From Adineta vaga (taxonomy: Eukaryota > Animalia > Rotifera), in contig CP075492.1 of NCBI GenBank assembly GCA_021613535.1, positions 14,508,001 through 14,572,000 on the forward strand: 64,000 bases of DNA. The letters run 5' to 3'. The translations under genes were made by a program, and so were the position numbers. A model generated the notes under the pieces. It made no database searches. It worked only from the letters and a program-made list of their open reading frames with translations, and was not told where the DNA came from. This document shows positions 39,512 through 51,582 of the stretch, piece after piece (position 1 is the first letter of the stretch; every line of letters begins with the position of its first letter).

Positions 39512-41161
39512 AAAGATAAATGTGATTTAACACAATAATGAGTTTTATAGTGTAAAAAGTTTTCGAATTGATCTGTTTCTATTGCATTTCTTTTCTTTTC
39601 TATAACAATGACTACAGTTTATGTCCGAGGCTTAATAACTTATATCAATTATCTGATTCTGTCTCGAACGAACTTCTATTTTCTAATTAAGTATATGGTC
39701 GTTTCAAGTTTAATTCTAATCGGTATCCTAACCTCTGAACAGTTCAATGAACTTAGTCTTTCTATTCAAATTCACGAATCTTAGAAAAATATTAAGTCGA
39801 ATACTGACTTCATTGCACAAATTTTCAAACTACATAACATACGTATGATTGTAGCCGTAGTGGTCGTGCTTGTTGTTGATGTAGAGGTGCTTGTTGATGA
39901 TGTAGAGGTACTTGTTGATGAGGTGCTTGTTGATGAAGTCGAGGTACTTGTTGTTGAGGTGGAGGTACTTGTTGTTGATGTAGAGGTGCTTGTTGATGAT
40001 GTAGAGGTACTTGTTGATGAGGTGCTTGTTGATGAAGTCGAGGTACTTGTTGTTGAGGTGGAGGTACTTGTTGTTGATGTTGAGGTGCTTGTTGATGATG
40101 TAGAAGTGCTTGTCGTTACGCTTGTAACACTTGTTGTTGAGGTGACACTGGTTGTTGATGTAGAAGTGCTTGTTGTTGAAGTCGAGGTACTTGTTGTTGA
40201 GGTGGATGTACTTGTTGTTGATGTTGAGGTGCTTGTTGTTGATGTTGAGGTACTTGTTGATGAGGTAGAGGTGCTTGTTGATGATGTAGAAGTGCTTGTC
40301 GTTACGCTTGTAACACTTGTTGTTGAGGTGACACTGGTTGTTGATGTAGAAGTGCTTGTTGTTGAAGTCGAGGTACTTGTTGTTGATGTTGAGGTACTTG
40401 TTGATGATGTAGAGGTACTTGTTGATGATGTAGAGGTGCTTGTTGATGATGTAGAGGTGCTTGTCGTCGAGGTGGAGGTACTTGTTGACGTAGTACTTGT
40501 TGTTGACGTTGCTAAGAGAAAAAAAAATGTTGCAAATAAAAATACTGTAATTAATAGATATTTCAGGTCGTTGCTTACTTCGTGATGTAGTGCTAGTGGT
40601 ACTGGTCGTAGCTATTCCCAAGAAATAAATGAAAATCAATTTGAGTGTAACTCAAAAAATCGGAACAATCCTCTCTTACTTGTTGGAATGGGTGGACAAA
40701 TCAATGTGCTTGCTAGAGCCAATGGATAGCAGACAGGTTCACCGCAACGCGTACGTTGAACACATATTGTACTGTCGATAGGACACGTTGTATTATCCAA
40801 ATTACATCGTAGAAGAGCAGAACAAGATATTAGTGGCGAAGCACATATTCCTGTACTTGAATTTGTTGCTAAGGAAAAACATTCGCAATCATCATTAGAT
40901 GAACATGATGTTCGTTCAAGATTGCATGGAAACTCATTGCATGTTGCTACTGTTATGTTAACTACAAAAACAAAAACCTTGAAAACAAAAACAAAAAAAT
41001 ACTAATAGTGACAAACGCACTGTTTATTTGCTGTTGTTGTGATGTATTTCTGAAAAATAATCGTACAAAAAAGAGCTTAAGGCAAGGACAATGATCCATA
41101 ATACTTACATTAGAATCGCAATAAAGATTAGAATGATAAATCCTGAGTTCACTAATTTCAT
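39336..41161 (-). CDS. Secreted Cys-rich domain + Ser/Thr mucin + TSP1 protein, multi-exon
   Basis: Signal MKLVNSGFIILIFIAIL; CNEFPCNLERTSCSSNDDCECF...CPPIPT; poly-S/T exon ~39843-40512; last exon CLWSAWVSGPCSMTCGASSYIRTRTC. Confidence 0.82.
39845..40510 (-). repeat. Coding Ser/Thr tandem repeat with higher-order 99-bp and 186-bp periodicity
   Basis: acaagcacc/acaagtacc-type units on the minus strand; block at 39871 repeats at 39970 and block at 40082 repeats at 40268. Confidence 0.85.
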
Positions 41162-42686
41162 GATTGTAATGAATATTTCGGATCGTTAGGTGAAAACTTT
41201 CGTTTATTACCAACTGTAATTGTTTCGTAGTATATAAAGATTGTTACATACTAGAATGGAAAGTGTATACATAGTTACATTTCAAACAAACTGATTAATC
41301 TGTTTCTATGAGGACAAATTTTTTTTTCATGCTCTAACAACCGTATAAAATATTCTTCAGAAAAAAGAAATGATTTAATAATTTGAAGTTTTCTTATTAA
41401 CATATCGAATGGACTAAAGAAAGAAAAATGACAAAAAAACAACCATACTATTTCAACAATACTCAAAAGAAAAAAAGTGATGCATAAAACGAAAACAGCC
41501 AATAAAGTGGTTGCATTAATGAGAAAAATTTCATTTTACTTGACTAAAACTCAAATACTTCGAATACCAATTCCGTTTCAATAATAGACAAAACTAATTT
41601 CAATCGGTAAAAACTTATCGGACAATTCTACACGACAAATATGTCTGTTAGCTTCTCTCTCTCTCTCTTTCGCTTCTGTTCTTAATATTTTTTACGTTTA
41701 AAAAGAAAATTATATTATCGGAGATCGAGAAAAAGAATTTCAATAGAAAGAAGAAAGAAAAGTATCGAACATCAAAAATATAATTACTTCAATTGTTCAT
41801 ACGTCATTTTCTTTCCGGTTCGGCTTGAACTATCAATGAAATCTAAACATATTTCTATATTACTTTTATTATTAGAGACGAGCAAATGAAAGATGATTGA
41901 CACATATGTATTTTACTCTTTATGGTGAGAGAGAGAAACAGAGAGAAGAGAAAAAAGTCGTTTGTTTGCATAAAGTGTGCTTCAACGACTGCTTTTAATG
42001 AAACAGAAAATAAATAAAATGTACAGATGAAGAATAACAACTTTCTTCTTACTCATTCTACTCAAGAAGATGCTGATGTCCAGTCGAAATCATTCTACGT
42101 TTCTGTTGTCTTTTCAATTCTTTCATATTGTATTTGTTTTTCTTGAATAATAATTTCATAGATCGATAATTAACAAGTTATAGATGAATGATCTATCATT
42201 TTCATTTCACCATCTTTACAGTACAATCGTTCCCTCTTCTTTTTCTCTCATTTGAACAAATTTAAGTCCCCGAGTTGTTTTGGCTTCTTTACATTTCTAT
42301 GTTATTTCATTATGGTGAAAAAAAATTTATTCAATCCAACAAATTTCATGTGAGAAAAAAAATATTTTTTAATTAGATTGTAGAAAAAAATCTATGCAAG
42401 CGATCTTTTCAAGGCTTTCTAAATATATCATAATTATTAATGATGAAATATCCTTGTAAAGATGCACTGTATTCGAAGGTTGAAAAAATCAGGTTTAAAA
42501 CAATATCTCAATGTGTTTCGTTGTTCTTATGACGTCAAATGACTCAATATGTAATTGAGTCGAATGAAAATCTGAATAAAGAATCTATTTACGTCACTAA
42601 TATATATTACGTTCTTTCTTTATTTAGTGCACAGTATTTAATATCGATATCATATACAAACGATTCATTCAAACAAAATTATTATC

Positions 42687-43103
42687 ATGCTTTATATGTG
42701 TAAATTCGTTGTACTGTTATTTGTCTTACATATTTCCTATGGAAAGACAATTTTATCTATTAAACCAATAAAATCATCGGCGTACATCATAATTCTTCCT
42801 CAAGATGGCACATCGAATGTTTGTTGTGATGCACAAATCACTATCAATTCTATTGCAGATAGTCGATGTCCAAGTAATGTTCAATGTATTTGGGCTGGAC
42901 AAGCGAAGGTTAAAGTAACTATCTCAAAAGCAGGAGCGTCAAGTGCAGCTGATTTGATTGTTGGTGCAAATCCTCAAAATAATGCTGTTGTAACTGTAGG
43001 TGGTAATCAATATAGTATAACTCTGACAAAAGTCATTCCATATCCTGGTGATGGAAAAACTGATGAACCGTCGGAAGCTGTTCTTCAAGTCGAATGTTTA
43101 TAA
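42687..43103 (+). CDS. Small secreted protein with a bacterial lipoprotein-like DSRCPxxVxCIWxG motif
   Basis: Signal peptide; IADSRCPSNVQCIWAGQAKV...YSITLTKVIPYP; intronless; AATAAA just downstream. Confidence 0.7.
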   Translation: MLYMCKFVVLLFVLHISYGKTILSIKPIKSSAYIIILPQDGTSNVCCDAQITINSIADSRCPSNVQCIWAGQAKVKVTISKAGASSAADLIVGANPQNNAVVTVGGNQYSITLTKVIPYPGDGKTDEPSEAVLQVECL

Positions 43104-43633
43104 ACTTTCAAATAAAATATCATACATTTGTTTTTTTTTATTCATAAATCAATTCATTTGAATAATATATATGAATTTTTTTTATTAAAAAAGAAATAAA
43201 GAAAAGTTATAAACACAAATGATTTTTTTTTCGATACTCTTAGATTCATTATTGATTCTGTTCTTTTCATGAATATATTCATTAAACAAGATTCTATTTC
43301 TTTCAATTTAATATTGTCTCTATATGTCTACGCGTTAATTTAAAAACTGTAAACTATCTAATTTATATTGTTTTCTTTAAACATTAAATTACATGTATTG
43401 TATTTCATTGTGCAATGACGGATTAAAAAATGTCGTTGATATTTATTCTATCCTTTTGTTTTCTTTCGTGTGGTTATATATTCATGTACACAATTATTTC
43501 GATTATAACAAATTAGACATACCTACCTATATGTATCCTTCCCTTTACTTATTATAAAATAAATGCATGAATAGATTCACATGTCAAATCAGTATATTTT
43601 TTCTATCAAAAATAAGTGTAATGTTATTGAGAT

Positions 43634-44014
43634 ATGTATCCGCGTAGTGTTGGTTTGGCTGCTCCTCGTTTTGTACATAGTTGTACAATAAAAAACAACT
43701 CAAGTGGTCCTATTCGAGTACAGATTTTATACAAAGGACCAGCAGCGCAAGGAACAGGTGATCATCAAGAAACTTCAGTTGCTGATATACCAATTGGTGG
43801 AACTTATCAAGCTAAAGAACGTGTAACAAATCATGGATCGTATCAGACGCGCAAGGAAATAGCTGGTATCAAAGTGGTTCGAGTTAATGGACAAAAACAT
43901 CAATTATTAGCACCATTTGATGGTGTTAATGGTGTGGAACTTAATTGGCTGTTCATTATTGACAATTGGCAAATTCATTCGCTTAATCCAAATGCTACAA
44001 ATGGTCTATTTTAA
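43634..44014 (+). CDS. Uncharacterised small beta-rich protein
   Basis: Clean 126-aa ATG ORF with coding-like composition and downstream AATAAA. Confidence 0.65.
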   Translation: MYPRSVGLAAPRFVHSCTIKNNSSGPIRVQILYKGPAAQGTGDHQETSVADIPIGGTYQAKERVTNHGSYQTRKEIAGIKVVRVNGQKHQLLAPFDGVNGVELNWLFIIDNWQIHSLNPNATNGLF

Positions 44015-44728
44015 ATTATATAACAAATTCATCGAATAAATTAATAAATCATCTTTTTATGACTATCTCAAATTCCTTTGATATTATATAAGGTGATAAA
44101 AACTATTATATATACTTCTATAACATCATTAGACAACCGTATTGAAAAACTAGATTTTAAATAAAATATTTAGATTACAGAATATGTTTTATTTTAAAAA
44201 CTCTTGCTACCATGTCTTTTGTTGATATATATATCTATAGAAAAGTTGTATTCTTGTGGAGGGTGTGGATGTTTTTCTCATGTAATACTTTGTCTTAGTC
44301 AATTTTTTAACGGCAAACTATTTTTCCCAAAGTACGCGCTGGTATTCGAATCTGTCATGTATGCAGTTTTTACCTGGTCTTTATCGTGTAGTGAAAATGT
44401 GTAATTGGAAAAATGCCAATGAAAAGTCGAATTTTGAAACTATGAGAAGATGTGTTAGTTTAGCAGGGATTACTCAAAATCGATAGTAATCAATGCAATG
44501 TTTAGATACATTTAGTACTAAAAGAGTTCGAGCTACGTTTTTGAAAAAATGTTTATATCACAAATTTCTAAAAAAAATCATCATTTGATATACTCTTTTT
44601 GTTCAATCGATTCGTTTATTAATGTAAAGCAACTAATCACTACTATTAATTTAGTAAAAAATGCGGATTTTCTGTTTTTTTGAAGTACTAATATAATATT
44701 TCATTGTGTCACATGATAAATGGATAAA

Positions 44729-45431
44729 TTACGCACCTTGTGCACGCATTCCAATCGCAGCAGTCGTTGCTAAACAGAATGGACAGCAACAACATACGAA
44801 CAAAAATACAATTGGAATAAGAATAAGAATGTAAGCAAATCGATAGACTAATGCTGAACAAAATTGAGGATGATCTGGATAATCATATCGAACATGACTC
44901 CAAGCACCAAATATCCATATACATCCGAAAATAAACCAGACAATCAGAAAGATATTGAGAAAGCAGGTAATTATGGTGATGACAGAAACGCCTGGATTAT
45001 TAACGCCAACTGCTGCAGTTATACCAGTTTTGCGATCTGCTGGTTCTTCAGATGATTTCATAGATTTTGCTGATAGATATGTTCGAATTTGATTTAAAAT
45101 AGCAGAAACAATTCCAACAGCACCAGCAACGAAAAGATATTTTGGTATTTTTGGATTGATTGGACATTCATCAGCATATCTCCAACCAATATATAATTGT
45201 AAAACTAAAATAATAAAAAATGATTTATGATTGAAAATATCTAAAAATTTTCTTACGTGGTATAATTAATGAAAGTAATGCACCAATAGATAAGAATATA
45301 GGTGAACTTCCAAGTTGAGTTAAAGCTACAGCTGGACCTTTAGCACGAACAGCTGACTCAGTTGGTGGGACCGATCCAGTAGTAAGATCATTTTTCTCTT
45401 CCAAAGAAATAACTGTTTCTGTTGCTGTCAT
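44729..45431 (-). CDS. TMEM272-like four-TM protein, 2 exons
   Basis: LQLYIGWRYADECPINPKIPKYLFVAG...FLIVWFIFGCIWIF...CSALVYRFA...CCCC. Confidence 0.75.
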
Positions 45432-45794
45432 AGTCTCTGTTCTAAAATCATCACATCAATACAATATAGAGGAAGAGAAAAAACGAAGACAAAATAAAGT
45501 TCTATTTTCTTTCTTGGTCAATATTTAACTGGTATAGAATACTCATAAGTCTCTAAAGAAATATAAAATTAACTTCATAGACGAACAATTACAGAACGAT
45601 TCTTACTATCGTTCGTTCTTTTACACAATTAAACAGTCAACGAAAAATACAGACGACAATTTTTTTTTCTTTTTCTCTTGCTCTACACACACGACGCTCT
45701 GCCGATTTCGTTTGCTTTGTAGAAAACAAATCAAGGATAAATATATGTCAAATCGTCGTCAGCAAAACAAATTTAAAAAAAAATACGATCCCAC

Positions 45795-46530
45795 GTTTTC
45801 GATTGCGATGAAACTGTGGCGCAATTACGAAAAAGTAATCGCAGTTACGCGCAGTTGCGGTAAAGAAATCGCAGTTGCGGTAAAGAAATCGCAGTTGCGC
45901 CGCAATTGCGACGCAATGACCGCATCGTTCTGACTTCATATTTCGACACTATTCTGGTCACTAATCCGTTAATAATTGTTGATAAAGGTACCCAACCCAG
46001 TAGCAACTATAATATAGTACCTCATATTTATTAAACATGTAGAAAAGTACACGAAATGCGCAATAAAAATACGTTTTATCAGCAAAATAATATATAAAAG
46101 AGTGTGAGTGTCGGTGAGGGTGCTGCTTTTTGCGATAACTACACCCATTCTACCTTAACAATCACTCACCGAGGACACTCACCTATGACTCGCCGGCAAT
46201 ACTTATCTGCCTAACACTCATCACTGGAAAAAACAGCATCTCAAATCTGATTGGTCGACAAAAAATGACTTATCCTCGAGATGACTCATCGTACAGGTGA
46301 CTCATATATATGTTTAGTACCACTTACCTTTCGAAATTGGAAGTTGAAATATTAAGTGGTGTAGTAGCTAGAAATTGCAAAAATGAGCTTAAATGGCTGT
46401 TACATCTTCTTTTATACCCTATTAACGATGATAATCGTTGTGACTCATGTTTTCGATTGCGATGAAATTGCGACGCAAATGCGCGCATTTGCGAAAAAAT
46501 AATCGCAGTTACGCGCAGTTGCGCCACAAT
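45795..46530. repeat. Two direct copies of a GC-rich CGCARTTGCG quasi-palindrome element (45795-45930 and 46449-46530)
   Basis: Both begin gttttcgattgcgatgaaa and contain taatcgcagttacgcgcagttgcg; copy 1 has a tandem 20-bp unit cgcagttgcggtaaagaaat. Confidence 0.75.
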
Positions 46531-46845
46531 CCTTAAAAAGAGGTGATATGGGAGGTGATTATTAAAAAGAAAAGATGGAATGAAAGACTCACAAAAAAAT
46601 TATATGTGCTCATAGTTAGTAGAGATGTGTTTGTGTTGATCGAGTTAGACTTTTTGAATATGAAAAAAAAGAATAGATTTTTCTAGAGAACATCGATGTG
46701 ACTATCGTTATAGATCTTGTATTTCATTGCTTTATTTTTATCAGAAATAAGAGTATTTAGTACCTTGCTTATGATCCCTTATATCATTAGATTATTCAAT
46801 ATTAATAATAAGGATAAAATAAAAATGAACATTTGAATACTAGAA

Positions 46846-47420
46846 TTATCGACCATCTGATTCTTCTTCTTGATCCGACGTATCTGATGAAGTCCATGTA
46901 AATATATCATCATGAAATAAATCTGATCTTGCCCTCGGTAATAAATCGTATTCACTATAGTTATTTTGTGAATTGACAACTTGCATGGAATTTTTTGATT
47001 GCTTAGATACGTTATTAGTAAAGACATGACAATGAGAAGTAATAAATTGTTTACAAGTATTATTTGATGTAACAGAATCATTGAATATCGAAGGCAAATG
47101 ATGATCGCTCAAATCTCGAACAGTTACTGTGTAGTTATAGTTACATTTTGAAACTGTAGTAGCTAGAAATATAAAAAATACTCGAGTAGATGTATTTACA
47201 TTTGGTGTTTGCTCTATCCGAAGAAATACTTGATGGATAGAACATTGATGCACTTTGTGCTGAATTTGTTTCATGTACATTGTTCGACGGCGGTGGATGA
47301 CTAACCATTACACATATACGATTGTATAATTCTCTAAGTTTTTCGTCAAGATTATCTGTACCATCAATATCTATTCGTATTAGACCAGCTGTTATGAAAC
47401 CTAAATTTAACAAAAAAGAC

Positions 47421-47464
<44 letters not shown>

Positions 47465-47857
47465 TTTTTGCTGATCGGCGAAATATATTCAAAGCTAATA
47501 CCTAACCAACCAGATGGTTTCCAATGTTGTTCTAACTTTAACGGTATGATCGGTATATTGCGTTCTTTTGCATATTGAAGTTCTTGTTTACAAAAATTAG
47601 ATTGCTGAAAATCAGGTGTCATAAAACAAACCATACAAGATGCATTTTCTATGGCTGTAGCGATGCTAAATGTATGACAATAAGATGACAGACTCTGTCG
47701 TACATTGTTTTTCTTACTCTTCATATAGATTATCCGATGTGCGATAAGATCTGATATCCATCCATACCAATAGGCCATTTTCATCTAAATACTCACGAAC
47801 CTTCGAAGCTAACTCTTGTGCGCCCCACTCGTAGCACACCATAACATGCTGTGCCAT
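46846..47857 (-). CDS. TIR (TIR_2-type) domain protein with low-complexity C-terminus, multi-exon
   Basis: MAQHVMVCYEWGAQELASKVREYLDENGLLVWMDI...|IATAIENASCMVCFMTPDFQQSNFCKQELQYAKERNIPIIPLKLEQHWKPSGWL|GFITAG; Glu of CxxEL retained. Confidence 0.85.
47424..47462. repeat. (TA)n microsatellite in a TIR gene intron
   Basis: Long TA dinucleotide run seen directly. Confidence 0.9.
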
Positions 47858-48479
47858 ATTTCTCGTTTATTCTTGTCGAAACAGTGCGAAGATTGAAACT
47901 CCAAAAATAAGATGATAATAAAAGGATGGTATATGTTTTTAAATAGGATTATGTTTTTATCGTTCGTTGGATTTTTCACAACATATACATGCTTCAAGAT
48001 AAGGAAGTAATAATCATAAAAGTCCATTGTATACTTACGAAAGTAAAGCATACTTGAGCGAATAAATAAAGAGAAGAATAGTTGGTTTTTTCCAGATCTC
48101 TCATCTATACGAACAACTTATTAGGTTTGATAAGTATTCACTAAATACTAAGGATAAACAGTTATTTTTCTCTACGTTATAACTTCTATTCTCACAATTT
48201 TCATATCGGATCATATAAAATGCTACTTTTCATCGTTAAAATCAAACTACATTGTTTAGACAATTGACGAGCCATGATGAAATGGACTTCATACAACACA
48301 ACACATACATAACTTCAGAGAATGAGAAGTTATTTTTCAAATAGAACAACCAATTACGTTGAAAAGATTCGATGGAATGAAAAATTTATCATAAAGTTTA
48401 AAGATATTCTTATAACACACAAAACAGAAGAAAGTGAATATAAAAAAAAGCAAGATTCATAGATAAGTTTCTTGTTAAA

Positions 48480-49380
48480 ATATTGAGGAAAATTCTCAAA
48501 ATCATCATCTAAATTTACAAGCATTTTTGTCTTCTTCTTCGCTATCATCATAGTCCACCTTCGATTGAGTCGATGAACGTGTCTCATCATTAGTATTATA
48601 CGGTATTTTCGTTGTCAAAGGTCGTTGTTTTCGTACTTCTTCTATAAGCAGTATTTACATCACTTGATCATGGTGTCAGTACCCCATTAGTCATAATAGA
48701 TTTTTTTGGAAGTATCACGATTCAATATGTTTTTGGTGGATACTGGTAGCAAGGAAAAATCATTCAGATCCCGAATAGAATGTCTAAAATCAACACCGTC
48801 TTTGCCGATTATAGATCCATTTTCTACGTAAATTATTTAAAAACGAGAAATTATATGAAAAGATTTGCTCACGCGTTCTTTTTTGTCTAACAGTTGGATG
48901 AGCTGAAGATATTTTATGTACTTTTTCTTTTTTAGTTGCCTGTGATGCATTTGAAGTCTCTACTGGACACTGTTTATCAGTTATTTTACATAGACGATTG
49001 TACAATCGACTCGCTTTTCGACAAGATTACTTATATGATAGAAATCGAGCCAAACTAAAGCAGCTGTTAGTAAACCTAAAATAACGGAAATGCAATAAAC
49101 ATTATCATTATTTGAATATGATACCTAACTAATTCGATGGCTCCCAATTTTCTACTAACTTCAATGGTAACATACAAAACAATAAGCATTTTCTACTTCT
49201 TCACTTATACTAAATATTAACATATGTCGACTAGCAATTTCTTTTTTCATAACAAAATTGAATTTTGTTACCCTTCATATAAATTATCCGATGATATACC
49301 AGCTTTAAGATCCATCCATAATGGTATTCCTTTTTGTTGTAAGTAATCATAAACGTTTAACACTAATTTTTCTGTCACGG
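48480..49380 (-). pseudogene. Decayed tandem paralog of the TIR gene
   Basis: KLVLNVYDYLQQKGIPLWMDLKAGISSDNLYEG| then VENAYCFVC-[deletion]-PLKLVENWEPSN*L|GLLTAALVWLDF and a frameshift before LYNRLC; 3' boundary approximate. Confidence 0.75.
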
Positions 49381-50318
49381 TTTTTGTATTGCTTTTTCGT
49401 ATAAATGCATAAAATACTTTTATTGAAGAAAGTCATTGCTATTTCTATTAAAAGATCTTCATATTATTGGAATTTTTCAATTTAAATATGATAAAATGAT
49501 ACACGTATTTTTACAATTCGATAAAGAAAAAGAAAAGAAAGTATGATCTCGTAAATCGAATAGAACTGTATTATTGATAAGATGCCGTCATGTTCTGTTG
49601 TTGAAGTATACTACTCGGTGAATAATCAAAAGAAAATTGATAACGTTAATATGATCAACAAAACATAATGAAATGGATCTCATATAACACAACACACTTA
49701 AATTCAGTAAACAAGAAGTTATTTTTATTTTCAATAAGTTGTTTAATACTATTACAGCTGAGTATTTTTATCACGTGTCGCTCATTTTGTATTAAGAAAA
49801 GATTTCCGAAGCTGTTTGCAATCATATTTAATTACTAAGAAATGACAAAATAAAGAGCTTAGAATCATATGTCTAAGTTCATTTTTCAATTAAAAGCGAA
49901 TTACAGTCATGGTTAATGACTTCTAATATATACAAGCCGTACTCTGTCGTATCATCTCATTGCTACTGTTATTTCGAATGTATTCTAAACAAATTTCTTC
50001 TATCAACAATTTTCATATTCAGACAAGTCAACAGCACTTTATCATCTAATCTAGTGCATAAAGAGGAACGATTAAAATCCATTAAAAAGAGAACCAGAAG
50101 CGCATGATGATAAAATAAAGTTCATAAATCAACAGTTTTCTATTCGAGAAGATGGAAAACATTAACGAATTAGGAAAAGGAGTTTTTTTTATCTTAGCGT
50201 CTTTTGTCTCATGATTTATTTAATCGATTATCAAAATAGAAAATAAACTTTTTTCTCTCTCGATATAAGTGCTCACGATCCTTATAAATAGAATTGTCAC
50301 TTTATAAAGTTCAACATA

Positions 50319-51224
50319 ATGTCGAATATATCAAATTCAACAATTTCACTCAATCGTGTCAAGTTTGGTGTATTTCTCACCTTACAAATACCTTCAGCAA
50401 TTTGTTCATTATATCTCATTTTTCAATATGCAACACGTCCAACTCTTTATCAATCGATTCATAATCATGTGATCATTATTTTACTTTGTAGTAGTTTTAT
50501 ATTCGTGGCGATTCCTATATCAGCAAGTGAAGCATTCTTTTTTACTGAACATGTTCGACCTGAAAGTGATCTTTTCTGTGCTATATGGACATGGATTCAT
50601 TATAGTATCAATATAAGCAATCTTATTCTTATGGCATTTGCTTGTATGCAACGTCATTGGTTAGTTTTTCGTTTAAATCCATTACATACTCGATTGGATC
50701 GAATCCTTTATCATTACATTCCAATAACAATTTGTATGATCTATCCATGGATATTCTATTTTATTTTTATCTTTCTCTATCCATGTAAAGCATCCTATGA
50801 TTATAAAAAACTTCTTTGTTTAATTCCATGTTATTTTTTTACACATACTGTTGCTAATACGGATACATTTATGAATAATTGGATACCAATTTTTGCAATA
50901 CCAATATTAAGTAGTGCATTATTCATTCGTTTTCTTGTACAAAAACGACGAATGCAAATGGAAGTCTTTCGATGGAAACGAGATCGAAGAATGATTATTC
51001 AATTGTTAAGTATTACAACAATCTATGTCGGAGCATGGGCACCATTGCAAGCAGCAACGATTTATGACAATATATTCTTAGCTGGAGAAGCACCACCTTT
51101 TGTCGTTGATTATCTTTATACTTTTCCATATTTTATTCATTTATTTTATCCATTTGTTGTTTTATTATCAAATCCTGAACTCCAAAGGAATACAAATCGT
51201 ACTATACAACCACAAACAAACTAA
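50319..51224 (+). CDS. Rhodopsin-like 7TM GPCR, intronless
   Basis: Seven hydrophobic segments; TM3 Cys (LFCAIW); ACMQRH at the DRY position; RRMIIQL before TM6. Confidence 0.85.
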   Translation: MSNISNSTISLNRVKFGVFLTLQIPSAICSLYLIFQYATRPTLYQSIHNHVIIILLCSSFIFVAIPISASEAFFFTEHVRPESDLFCAIWTWIHYSINISNLILMAFACMQRHWLVFRLNPLHTRLDRILYHYIPITICMIYPWIFYFIFIFLYPCKASYDYKKLLCLIPCYFFTHTVANTDTFMNNWIPIFAIPILSSALFIRFLVQKRRMQMEVFRWKRDRRMIIQLLSITTIYVGAWAPLQAATIYDNIFLAGEAPPFVVDYLYTFPYFIHLFYPFVVLLSNPELQRNTNRTIQPQTN

Positions 51225-51582
51225 CTGAAGGAATAATATAAAAAGACAATTATTTCATCGTCTACATGTTGTTTTTGTATTGTGAACTAAAATAAAAAGA
51301 ATAAAAGAATATGATTTGTTTTTCTTTGGTATCCATTAACTCTTCTTCACATGTTTTGACTATCAAGCATGTTTTCATATTCTATTCGTCCTCTTTCTGT
51401 TCTATCTTTTTCTCCGTCATTTCCCGTTTCGACATTTTTCTTTTCTTCATCATGTCATGTCATTCATTCGAAGAATAGGAGAAAAACAAAGTTTGTTATT
51501 TGGTGTAAGACTATAAGACGTAAATAACAAATCGAACGGAATTTTGGTTGACGATTTCAACAGGAAAAAACAATCGGATAAA

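Noticed and set aside
39830-40639. Long Val/Asp/Glu (+) and Asn/Lys/His (-) ORFs in the track
   Set aside because: Shadow frames of the Ser/Thr mucin exon, which has proper splice sites and joins the flanking exons
45795-45930. Possible CRISPR-like array
   Set aside because: Units are tandem without unique spacers, there are no cas genes, and the context is eukaryotic
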